DNA of 64,000 nt, from positions 436,108,001-436,172,000 of the forward strand of contig OZ024740.1 of NCBI GenBank assembly GCA_964016885.1, written 5' to 3'. Below are positions 1-13,000 of the stretch, piece after piece; within the stretch, counting starts at the first letter, position 1; the number at the start of each line of letters is the position of its first letter. Below the pieces are notes generated by a model, which saw only the letters and a program-made list of their open reading frames with translations, had not been told where the DNA came from and did not search any database. Position numbers and translations under genes: made by a program. The DNA comes from Eledone cirrhosa (taxonomy: Eukaryota).

Positions 1-3000
1 TGAATGTCTCGTTACACCCAAAGATGAGGTGGTCAGTCAATATGTCTCGTTACACCCAAAGATGAGGTGGTCAGTGAATGTCTCGTTACACCCAAAGATG
101 AGGTGGTCAGTCAATGTCTCGTTACACCCAAAGATGAGGTGGTCAGTGAATGTCTCGTTACACCCAAAGATGAGGTGATCAGTCAATATGTCTCGTTACA
201 CCCAAAGATGAGGTGGTCAGTGAATGTCTCGTTACACCCAAAGATGAGATGGTCAGTCGACTCTTTACACCCGCACATGAGGTGGTCAGTCAATGTCTCG
301 TTACACCCAAAGATGAGGTTGTCAGCCAATTTGTGTCTTTACACCCAAAGATGAGGTGGTCAGTCAACTCGTTCCACCCAAACATGAGGTGGTCAGTCAA
401 CTCGTTACAATCAAAGATGAGGTGGTCAGTCAACTCGTTACACCCAAAGATGAGGTGGTCAGTCGACTCTTTACACCCAAAGATGAGGTGATCAGTCAAC
501 TCGTTACACCCAAAGATGAGGTGATCAGTCAACTCGTTACACCCAAAGATGAGGTGGTCAGTCGACTCTTTACACCCAAACATGAGGTGGTCAGTCAACT
601 CGTTACAATCAAAGATGAGGTGGTCAGTCAACTCGTTACACCCAAAGATGAGGTGGTCAGTCGACTCTTTACACCCAAAGATGAGGTGATCAGTCAACTC
701 GTTACACCCAAAGATGAGGTGATCAGTCAACTCGTTACACCCAAAGATGAGGTGATCAGTCAACTCGTTACACCCAAAGATGAGGTGGTCAGTCAACTCG
801 TTACACCCAAAGATGAGGTGGTCAGTCGACTCTTTACACCCAAAGATGAGGTGGTCAGTCGACTCTTTACACCCAAAGATGAGGTGGTCAGTCAACTCGT
901 TACACCCAAAGATGAGGTGGTCAGTCGACTCTTTACACCCAAAGATGAGGTGGTCAGTCAACTCGTTACACCCAAAGATGAGGTGGTCAGTCAACTCGTT
1001 ACACCCAAAGATGAGGTGGTCAGTCGACTCTTTACACCCAAAGATGAGGTGGTCAGTCGACTCTTTACACCCAAAGATGAGGTGGTCAGTTGACTCTTTA
1101 CACCCAAAGATGAGGTGGTCAGTCGACTCTTTACACCCAAAGATGAGGTGGTCAGTTGACTCTTTACACCCAAAGATGAGGTGGTCAGTCAACTCGTTAC
1201 ACCCAAACATGAGGTGATCAGTCAACTCGTTACACCCAAAGATGAGGTGGTCAGTCGACTCTTTACACCCAAAGATGAGGTGATCAGTCAACTCGTTACA
1301 CCGAAACATGAGGTGGTCAGTCGACTCGTTACACCCAAAGATGAGGTGGTCAGTCGACTCGTTACACCCAAAGATGAGGTGGTCAGTCGACTCGTTACAC
1401 CCAAAGATGAGGTGGTCAGTCAACTCGTTACACCCAAAGATGAGGTGGTCAGTCGACTCTTTACACCCAAAGATGAGGTGGTCAGTCGACTCTTTACACC
1501 CAAAGATGAGGTGGTCAGTCAACTCATTACACCCAAAGATGAGGTGGTCAGTCAACTCGTTACACCCAAAGATGAGGTGATCAGTCAACTCGTTACACCC
1601 AAAGATGAGGTGGTCAGTCGACTCTTTACACCCAAAGATGAGGTGGTCAGTCGACTCTTTACACCCAAAGATGAGGTGATCAGTCAACTCGTTACACCCA
1701 AAGATGAGGTGGTCAGTCGACTCTTTACACCCAAAGATGAGGTGGTCAGTCGACTCTTTACACCCAAAGATGAGGTGATCAGTCAACTCGTTACACCCAA
1801 AGATGAGGTGGTCAGTCGACTCTTTACACCCAAAGATGAGGTGGTCAGTCAACTCGTTACACCCAAAGATGAGGTGGTCAGTCGACTCTTTACACCCAAA
1901 GATGAGGTGGTCAGTCAACTCTTTACACCCAAAGATGAGGTGGTCAGTCAACTCGTTACACCCAAAGATGAGGTGGTCAGTCGACTCTTTACACCCAAAG
2001 ATGAGGTGATCAGTCAACTCGTTACACCGAAACATGAGGTGGTCAGTCGACTCGTTACACCCAAAGATGAGGTGGTCAGTCGACTCGTTACACCCAAAGA
2101 TGAGGTGGTCAGTCGACTCGTTACACCCAAAGATGAGGTGGTCAGTCGACTCTTTACACCCAAAGATGAGGTGGTCAGTCGACTCTTTACACCCAAAGAT
2201 GAGGTGGTCAGTCGACTCTTTACACCCAAAGATGAGGTGGTCAGTCAACTCGTTACACCGAAACATGAGGTGGTCAGTCGACTCGTTACACCCAAAGATG
2301 AGGTGGTCAGTCGACTCGTTACACCCAAAGATGAGGTGGTCAGTCGACTCGTTACACCCAAAGATGAGGTGGTCAGTCAACTCGTTACACCCAAAGATGA
2401 GGTGGTCAGTCGACTCGTTACACCCAAAGATGAGGTGGTCAGTCGACTCGTTACACCCAAAGATGAGGTGGTCAGTCGACTCGTTACACCCAAAGATGAG
2501 GTGGTCAGTCGACTCTTTACACCCAAAGATGAGGTGGTCAGTCGACTCTTTACACCCAAAGATGAGGTGGTCAGTCGACTCTTTACACCCAAAGATGAGG
2601 TGGTCAGTCAACTCGTTACACCGAAACATGAGGTGGTCAGTCGACTCGTTACACCCAAAGATGAGGTGGTCAGTCGACTCGTTACACCCAAAGATGAGGT
2701 GGTCAGTCGACTCGTTACACCCAAAGATGAGGTGGTCAGTCGACTCGTTACACCCAAAGATGAGGTGGTCAGTCAACTCGTTACACCCAAAGATGAGGTG
2801 GTCAGTCGACTCGTTACACCCAAAGATGAGGTGGTCAGTCGACTCGTTACACCCAAAGATGAGGTGGTCAGTCAACTCGTTACACCGAAACATGAGGTGG
2901 TCAGTCGACTCGTTACACCCAAAGATGAGGTGGTCAGTCAACTCGTTACACCGAAACATGAGGTGGTCAGTCGACTCGTTACACCCAAAGATGAGGTGGT

Positions 3001-3670
3001 CAGTCGACTCGTTACACCCAAAGATGAGGTGGTCAGTCGACTCGTTACACCCAAAGATGAGGTGGTCAGTCAACTCGTTACACCGAAACATGAGGTGGTC
3101 AGTCGACTCGTTACACCCAAAGATGAGGTGGTCAGTCAACTCGTTACACCGAAACATGAGGTGGTCAGTCGACTCGTTACACCCAAAGATGAGGTGGTCA
3201 GTCGACTCTTTACACCCAAAGATGAGGTGATCAGTCAACTCGTTACACCCAAAGATGAGGTGGTCAGTCGACTCTTTACACCCAAAGATGAGGTGGTCAG
3301 TCGACTCGTTACACCCAAAGATGAGGTGGTCAGTCAACTCGTTACACCGAAACATGAGGTGGTCAGTCGACTCGTTACACCCAAAGATGAGGTGGTCAGT
3401 CAACTCGTTACACCGAAACATGAGGTGGTCAGTCGACTCGTTACACCCAAAGATGAGGTGGTCAGTCGACTCGTTACACCCAAAGATGAGGTGGTCAGTC
3501 GACTCTTTACACCCAAAGATGAGGTGGTCAGTCGACTCTTTACACCCAAAGATGAGGTGGTCAGTCGACTCGTTACACCCAAACATGAGGTGGTCAGTCA
3601 ACCCGTTACACCCAAACATGAGGTGGTCAGTCGACTCTTTACACCCAAACATGAGGTGGTCAGCCAATTT
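1..3670. repeat. 33-bp minisatellite (GATGAGGTGGTCAGTCGACTCGTTACACCCAAA), about 110 copies, continuing off the left edge
   Basis: Direct 33-nt periodicity; 35-36-nt variants in the first ~350 nt; a few variable sites (tcga/tcaa, cgtt/cttt, ccaaag/cgaaac). Confidence 0.97.
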
Positions 3671-3796
3671 GTCTCGTTACAGATATTTACGAGATCATCT
3701 TTTAATGTCAGAGAGCAGCATCTTAATGAAGATATATCCTTCAACTTATTTCCATGAAATCACAACTAAACATCAAGGTTTAAATAAGAAGGGGGG

Positions 3797-4030
3797 GTAT
3801 ATGTGAGTGGGAGGGTGTCTATGTGGGTGGGAGGGTACGTATGTTGGTAGGAGGGCGTGTATGCAGGTGGGAGGGAGGGTGTTTGTGTGGGAGGGAGGGT
3901 GTGTATATGGGTGGGAGTGTATGTGAGTGGGAGGGTATGTATGTGGGTGGGAGGGTGTGTATGTGAGTAGGAGGGTGTTTATGTGGGTGGGAGGGTGAGT
4001 TTGTGGGAGGGTATGTATGTTGGTGGGAGT
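3797..4030 (+). repeat. Degenerate G-rich ~20-bp repeat (GTGGGAGGGTGTGTAT-like) with G-quadruplex potential
   Basis: Recurring GGGAGGG/GTGGG runs separated by TATGT/GTGT. Confidence 0.75.
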
Positions 4031-4039
4031 GTATGTTTT

Positions 4040-7000
4040 ACTTTGTATGTGTGTATCTCTTACTCTGTATGTGTATGTCTTACTCTGTGTGTATGTCTTA
4101 CTCTGTATGTATGTGTGTATATGTGTATGTATTGCTCTGTATGTGTGTATGTCTTACTCTGTGTGTATGTCTTACTTTGTGTGTATGTCTTACTCTGTGT
4201 GTATGTCTTACTCTGTGTGTATGTCTTACTGTATGTATGTCTTACTCTGTATGTATGTCTTACTCTGTGTGTATGTCTTACTCTGTATGTATGTCTTACT
4301 CTGTATGTATGTCTTACTATGTATGTATGTCTTACTCTGTGTGTATGTCTTACTCTGTATGTATGTCTTACTGTGTGTATGTCTTACTCAGTGTGTATGT
4401 CTTACTCTGTATGTATGTCTTTCTCTGTATGTATGTCTTACTCTGTGTGTATGTCTTACTCTGTGTGTATGTATGTCTTACTCTGTATGTATGTCTTACT
4501 CTGGTATCTATGTCTTACTCTGTGTGTATGTCTTACTCTGTATGTATGTCTTACTCTGTATGTATGTCTTACTCTGTGTGTATGTCTTACTCTGTATGTA
4601 TGTCTTACTTTGTGTGTATGTCTTACTCTGCATGTATGTCTTACTCAGTATGTATGTCTTACTCTGTATGTATGTCTTACTCTGTATGTATGTCTTACTC
4701 TGTATGTATGTCTTACTATGTATGTCTTACTCTGTATGTATGTCTTACTCTGTGTGTATGTCTTACTCTGTGTGTATGTCTTACTCTGTGTGTATGTCTT
4801 ACTCTGTATGTATGTCTTACTCTGTGTGTATGTCTTACTCTGTATGTATGTCTTACTCTGTATGTATGTTTTACTCTGCATATATGTCTTACTCTGTGGG
4901 TATGTCTTACTCTCTATGTATGTCCTACTCTGTATGTATGTCTTACTCTGTGTGTATGTCTTACTCTGTATGTATGTCTTACTCTGTATGTATGTCTTAC
5001 TCTGTGTGTATGTCTTACTCTCTATGTATGTCCTACTCTGTATGTATGTCTTACTCTGTGTGTATGTCTTACTCTGTATGTATGTCTTACTCTGTATGTA
5101 TGTTTTACTCTGTGTGTATGTCTTACTCTGTATGTATGTCTTACTCTGTATGTATGTCTTACTCTGTATGTATGTCTTACTCTATGTGTATGTCTTACTC
5201 TGTTTGTATGTTTTACTCTGTATGTATGTCTTACTCTGTGTGTATGTCTTACTCTGTATGTATGTCTTACTCTGTATGTATATCTTACTCTGTGTGTATG
5301 TCTTACTCTGTATGTATGTTTTACTCTGCATGTATGTCTTACTCTGTGGGTATGTCTTACTCTGTATGTATGTCTTACTCTGTGTGTATGTCTTACTCTG
5401 TATGTATGTCTTACTCTGTATGTATGTCTTACTATGTATGTATGTCTTACTCTGTATGTATGTCTTACTGTGTGTATTTCTTACTGTATGTATGTCTTAC
5501 TCTGTGTGTATGTCTTACTCTGTATGTATGTCTTACTCTGTATGTATGTCTTACTGTGTGTATTTCTTACTGTATGTATATCTTACTCTGTGTGTATGTC
5601 TTACTCTGCATGTATGTCTTACTCTGTATGTATATCTTACTCTGCATGTATGTCTTACTCTGTGTGTATGTCTTACTCTGTATGTATGTCTTACTCTGTA
5701 TGTATGTCTTACTCTGTATGTATGTCTTACTCTGCATGTATGTCTTACTCTGTATGTATATCTTACTCTGTATGTATGTCTTACTCTGTATGTATGTCTT
5801 ACTCTGCATGTATGTCTTACTCTGTATGTATATCTTACTCTGCATGTATGTCTTACTCTGTGTGTATGTCTTACTCTGTGTGTATGTCTTACTCTGTGTG
5901 TATGTCTTACTCTGTATGTATGTCTTACTCTGTGTGTATGTCTTACTCTGTATGTATGTCTTACTCTGTGTGTATGTCTTACTCTGTATGTATGTCTTAC
6001 TCTGTATGTATGTCTTACTCTGTATGTATGTCTTACTCTGTGTGTATGTCTTACTCTGCATGTATGTCTTACTCTGTATGTATGTCTTACTCTGTATGTA
6101 TGTCTTACTCTGTGTGTATGTCTTACTCTGTATGTATGTTTTACTCTGTATGTATGTCTTACTCTGCATGTATGTCTTACCCTGTATGTATATCTTACTC
6201 TGCATGTATGTCTTACTCTGTGTGTATGTCTTACTCTGTATGTATGTCTTACTCTGTGTATATGTCTTACTCTGTATGTATGTCTTACTCTGTATGTATG
6301 TCTTACTCTGTGTGTATGTCTTACTCTGTGTGTATGTCTTACTCTGTGTGTATGTCTTACTTTGTATGTATGTCTTACTCTGTATGTATGTCTTACTCTG
6401 TATGTATGTCTTACTCTGTGTGTATGTCTTACTCAGTGTGTATGTCTTACTCTGTATGTATGTCTTACTCTGTATGTATGTCTTACTCTGTATGTATGTC
6501 TTACTGTATGTATGTTTTACTCTGCATGTATGTCTTACTCTGTGTGTAAGTCGTACTCTGTATGTATGTCTTACTGTGTGTATGTCTTACTGTGTGTATG
6601 TCTTACTCTGTATGTATGTCTTACTGTATGTATGTTTTACTCTGCATGTATGTCTTACTCTGTATGTATGTCTTACTCTGTATGTATGTCTTACTGTGTG
6701 TATGTCTTACTCTGTATGTATGTCTTACTCTGTATGTATGTCTTACTCTGTGTGTATGTCTTACTCTGTGTGTATGTCTTACTCTGTATGTATGTCTTAC
6801 TCTGTATGTATGTCTTACTCTGTGTGTATGTCTTACTTTGTATGTATGTCTTACTCTGTATGTATGTCTTACTCTGTATGTATGTCTTACTCTGTGTGTA
6901 TGTCTTACTCTGTATGTATGTCTTACTCTGTATGTATGTCTTACTCTGTATGTATGTCTTATTCTGTATGTATGTCTTACTCTGTATGTATATCTTACTC

Positions 7001-10000
7001 TGTATGTATGACATACTCTGTGTGTATGTCTTACTCTGTATGTATGTCTTATTCTGTATGTATGTCTTACTCTGTGTGTATGTCTTACTCTGTATGTATG
7101 TCTTACTGTGTGTATGTCTTACTCTGTATGTATGTCTTACTCTGTGTGTATGTCTTACTCTGTGTGTATGTCTTACTCTGTATCTATGTCTTACTCTGTA
7201 TGTATGTCTTACTCTGTATGTATGTCTTACTCTGTATGTATGTCTTTCTCTGTATGTATGTCTTACTCTGTATGTATGTCTTACTGTGTGTATGTCTTAC
7301 TCTGTATGTATGTCTTACTCTGTATGTATGTCTTACTTTGTGTGTATGTCTTACTCTGCATGTATGTCTTACTCTGTATGTATGTCTTACTCTGTATGTA
7401 TGTCTTACTCTGTATGTATGTCTTTCTCTGTATGTATGTCTTACTCTGTATGTCTTACTGTGTGTATGTCTTACTCTGTATGTATGTCTTACTTTGTGTG
7501 TATGTCTTACTCTGTATGTATGTCTTACTCTGTGTGTATGTCTTACTCTGTGTGTATGTCTTACTCTGTATGTATGTCTTACTCTGTATGTATGTCTTAC
7601 TCTGTATGTATGTCTTACTCTGTATGTATGTCTTACTCTGTATGTATGTCTTACTCTGTATGTATGTCTTACTCTGTATGTATGTCTTACTGTGTGTATT
7701 TCTTACTGTATGTATGTCTTACTCTGTGTGTATGTCTTACTCTGTATGTATGTCTTACTCTGTATGTATGTCTTACTCTGTATGTATGTCTTACTCTGTA
7801 TGTATGTCTTACTGTCTGTATTTCTTACTGTATGTATATCTTACTCTGTGTGTATGTCTTACTCTGCATGTATGTCTTACTCTGTATGTATGTCTTACTC
7901 TGTATGTATGTTTTACTCTGTGTGTATGTCTTACTCTGCATGTATGTCTTACTCTGTATGTATGTCTTACTCTGCATGTATGTCTTACTCTGTATGTATG
8001 TCTTACTCTGCATGTATGTCTTACTCTGTATGTATATCTTACTCTGTATGTATGTCTTACTCTGTGTGTATGTCTTACTCTGTATATATATCTTACTCTG
8101 CATGTATGTCTTACTCTGTGTGTATGTCTTACTCTGTGTGTATGTCTTACTCTGTGTGTATGTCTTACTCTGTATGTATGTCTTACTCTGTATGTATGTC
8201 TTACTCTGTATGTATGTCTTACTCTGCATGTATGTCTTACTCTGTATGTATATCTTACTCTGTATGTATGTCTTACTCTGTATGTATGTCTTACTCTGCA
8301 TGTATGTCTTACTCTGTATGTATGTCTTACTCTGCATGTATGTCTTACTCTGTATGTATATCTTACTCTGTGTGTATGTCTTACTCTGTGTGTATGTCTT
8401 ACTCTGTATGTATGTATTACTCTGTGTGTATGTCTTACTCTGTATGTATGTCTTACTCTGTATGTATGTCTTACTCTGTGTGTATGTCTTACTCTGTATG
8501 TATGTTTTACTCTGTATGTATGTCTTACTCTGCATGTATGTCTTACTCTGTATGTATATCTTACTCTGTATGTATGTCTTACTCTGTATGTATGTCTTAC
8601 TCTGTGTGTATGTCTTACTCTGTGTGTATGTCTTACTCTGTGTGTATGTCTTACTGTGTGTATGTTTTACTCTGTATGTATGTCTTACTGTATGTATGTT
8701 TTACTCTGCATGTATGTCTTACTCTGTATGTATGTCTTACTCTGTATGTATGTCTTACTCTGTGTGTATGTCTTACTCTGTATGTATGTCTTACTCTGTG
8801 TGTATGTCTTACTCTGTATGTATGTCTTACTCTGTATGTATGTCTTACTCTGTATGTATGTCTTACTCTGTATGTATGTTTTACTCTGTATGTATGTCTT
8901 ACTCTGCATGTATGTCTTACTCTGTATGTATGTCTTACTCTGTATGTATGTCTTACTCTGTATGTATGTCTTACTCTGTGTGTATGTCTTACTCTGTGTG
9001 TATGTCTTACTCTGTGTGTATGTCTTACTGTGTGTATGTTTTACTCTGTATGTATGTCTTACTGTATGTATGTTTTACTCTGCATGTATGTCTTACTCTG
9101 TATGTATGTCTTACTCTGTATGTATGTCTTACTCTGTGTGTATGTCTTACTCTGTATGTATGTTTTACTCTGTATGTATGTCTTACTCTGCATGTATGTC
9201 TTACTCTGTATGTATATCTTACTCTGCATGTATGTCTTACTCTGTGTGTATGTCTTACTCTGTATGTATGTCTTACTCTGTGTGTATGTCTTACTCTGTA
9301 TGTATGTCTTACTCTGTGTATATGTCTTACTCTGCGTGTATGTCTTACTCAGTGTGTATGTCTTACTCTGTATGTATGTCTTACTCTGTATGTATGTCTT
9401 ACTCTGTATGTATGTCTTACTGTATGTATGTTTTACTCTGCATGTATGTCTTACTCTGTGTGTATGTCGTACTCTGTATGTATGTCTTACTGTGTGTATG
9501 TCTTACTCTGTATGTATGTCTTACTCTGTATGTATGTCTTACTCTGTGTGTATGTCTTACTCTGTATGTATGTCTTACTCTGTATGTATGTCTTATTCTG
9601 TCTGTATGTCTTACTCTGTATGTATGTCTTACTCTGTATGTATGTCTTACTCTGTATGTATGTCTTACTGTGTGTATTTCTTACTGTATGTATGTCTTAC
9701 TCTTGTGTATGTCTTACTCTGTATGTATGTCTTACTCTGTATGTATGTCTTACTCTGTATGTATGTCTTACTCTGTATGTATGTCTTACTGTGTGTATTT
9801 CTTACTGTATGTATATCTTACTCTGTGTGTATGTCTTACTCTGCATGTATGTCTTACTCTGTATGTATATCTTACTCTGCATGTATGTCTTACTCTGTGT
9901 GTATGTCTTACTCTGTGTGTATGTCTTACTCTGTATGTATGTCTTACTCTGAATGTATGTCTTACTCTGCATGTATGTCTTACTCTGTATGTATATCTTA

Positions 10001-13000
10001 CTCTGTATGTATGTCTTACTCTGTATGTATGTCTTACTCTGCATGTATGTCTTACTCTGTATGTATATCTTACTCTGCATGTATGTCTTACTCTGTGAGT
10101 ATGTCTTACTCTGTATATATATCTTACTCTGCATGTATGTCTTACTCCGTGTGTATGTCTTACTCTGTGTGTATGTCTTACTCTGTATGTATGTCTTACT
10201 CTGTGTGTATGTCTTACTCTGTGTGTATGTCTTACTCTGTATGTATGTTTTACTCTGTATGTATGTCTTACTCTGCATGTATGTCTTACTCTGTATGTAT
10301 ATCTTACTCTGCATGTATGTCTTACTCTGTGTGTATGTCTTACTCTGTATGTATGTCTTACTCTGTGTATATGTCTTACTCTGTATGTATGTCTTACTCT
10401 GTGTGTATGTCTTACTCTGTGTGTATGTCTTACTCTGTGTGTATGTCTTACTTTGTATGTATGTCTTACTCTGTATGTATGTATTACTCTGTATGTATGT
10501 CTTACTCTGTGTGTATGTCTTACTCAGTGTGTATGTCTTACTCTGTATGTATGTCTTACTCTGTATGTATGTCTTACTCTGTATGTATGTCTTACTGTAT
10601 GTATGTTTTACTCTGCATGTATGTCTTACTCTGTGTGTATGTCGTATTCTGTATGTATGTCTTACTGTGTGTATGTCTTACTGTGTGTATGTCTTACTCT
10701 GTATGTATGTCTTACTGTATGTATGTTTTACTCTGCATGTATGTCTTACTCTGTATGTATGTCTTACTCTGTATGTATGTCTTACTCTGTGTGTATGTCT
10801 TACTTTGTATGTATGTCTTACTCTGTATGTATGTCTTACTCTGCATGTATGTCTTACTCTGTATGTATATCTTACTCTGTATGTATGTCTTACTCTGTAT
10901 GTATGTCTTACTCTGCATGTATGTCTTACTCTGTATGTATATCTTACTCTGCATTTATGTCTTACTCTGTGTGTATGTCTTACTCTGTATATATATCTTA
11001 CTCTGCATGTATGTCTTACTCTGTGTGTATGTCTTACTCTGTGTGTATGTCTTACTCTGTGTGTATGTCTTACTCTGTATGTATGTCTTACTCTGTGTGT
11101 ATGTCTTACTCTGTGTGTATGTCTTACTCTGTGTGTATGTCTTACTCTGTATGTATGTCTTACTCTGTGTGTATGTCTTACTCTGCATGTATGTCTTACT
11201 CTGTATGTATGTCTTACTCTGTATGTATGTCTTACTCTGTGTGTATGTCTTACTCTGTATGTATGTTTTACTCTGTATGTATGTCTTACTCTGCATGTAT
11301 GTCTTACTCTGTATGTATATCTTACTCTGCATGTATGTCTTACTCTGTGTGTATGTCTTACTCTGTATGTATGTCTTACTCTGTGTATATGTCTTACTCT
11401 GTATGTATGTCTTACTCTGTATGTATGTCTTACTCTGTGTGTATGTCTTACTCTGTGTGTATGTCTTACTCTGTGTGTATGTCTTACTTTGTATGTATGT
11501 CTTACTCTGTATGTATGTCTTACTCTGTGTATATGTCTTACTCAGTGTGTATGTCTTACTCTGTATGTATGTCTTACTCTGTATGTATGTCTTACTCTGT
11601 ATGTATGTCTTACTGTATGTATGTTTTACTGTGTGTATGTCTTACTCTGTATGTATGTCTTACTGTATGTATGTTTTACTCTGCATGTATGTCTTACTCT
11701 GTGCGTATGTCGTACTCTGTGCGTATGTCGTACTCTGTATGTATGTCTTACTGTGTGTATGTCTTACTGTGTGTATGTCTTACTCTGTATGTATGTCTTA
11801 CTGTATGTATGTTTTACTCTGCATGTATGTCTTACTCTGTATGTATGTCTTACTCTGTATGTATGTCTTACTGTGTGTATGTCTTACTCTGTATGTATGT
11901 CTTACTCTGTATGTATGTCTTACTCTGTGTGTATGTCTTACTCTGTGTGTATGTCTTACTCTGTATGTATGTCTTACTCTGTATGTATGTCTTACTCTGT
12001 GTGTATGTCTTACTTTGTATGTATGTCTTACTCTGTATGTATGTCTTACTCTGTATGTATGTCTGACTATGTGTGTATGTCTTACTCTGTATGTATGTCT
12101 TACTCTGTATGTATGTCTTATTCTGTCTGTATGTCTTACTCTGTATGTATGTCTTACTCTGTATGTATGTCTTACTCTGTGTGTATGTCTTACTCTGTCT
12201 GTATGTCTTATTCTGTATGTATGTCTTACTCTGTGTGTATGTCTTACTCTGTATGTATGTCTTACTGTGTGTATGTCTTACTCTGTATGTATGTCTTACT
12301 CTGTATGTATGTCTTACTCTGTATGTATGTCTTACTCTGTGTGTATGTCTTACTCTGTGTGTATGTCTTACTCTGTATCTATGTCTTACTCTGTATGTAT
12401 ATCTTACTCTGTATGTATGTCTTACTCTGTATGTATGTCTTTCTCTGTATGTATGTCTTACTCTGTATGTATGTCTTACTGTGTGTATGTCTTACTCTGT
12501 ATGTATGTCTTACTCTGTATGTATGTCTTACTTTGTGTGTATGTCTTACTCTGCATGTATGTCTTACTCTGTATGTATGTCTTACTCTGTATGTATGTCT
12601 TTCTCTGTATGTATGTCTTACTCTGTATGTATATCTTACTCTGCATGTATGTCTTACTCTGTGTGTATGTCTTACTCTGTATGTATGTCTTACTCTGTAT
12701 GTATGTCTTACTCTGCATGTATGTCTTACTCTGTATGTATATCTTACTCTGTATGTATGTCTTACTCTGTATGTATGTCTTACTCTGCATGTATGTCTTA
12801 CTCTGTATGTATATCTTACTCTGCATGTATGTCTTACTCTGTGTGTATGTCTTACTCTGTATATATATCTTACTCTGCATGTATGTCTTACTCTGTGTGT
12901 ATGTCTTACTCTGTGTGTATGTCTTACTCTGTGTGTATGTCTTACTCTGTATGTATGTCTTACTCTGTGTGTATGTCTTACTCTGTGTGTATGTCTTACT

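Noticed and set aside
290-3757. 1125-aa (-) and 858-aa (+) ORFs of 11-aa repeats
   Set aside because: They follow from a 33-nt unit with stop-free frames; open on both strands, with no non-repetitive domain and no sign of codon-position bias.
3683-3757. Possible exon after TTACAG at the end of the 33-mer array
   Set aside because: No translation resembles the expected upstream EVI5 exon, and there is no good donor site.
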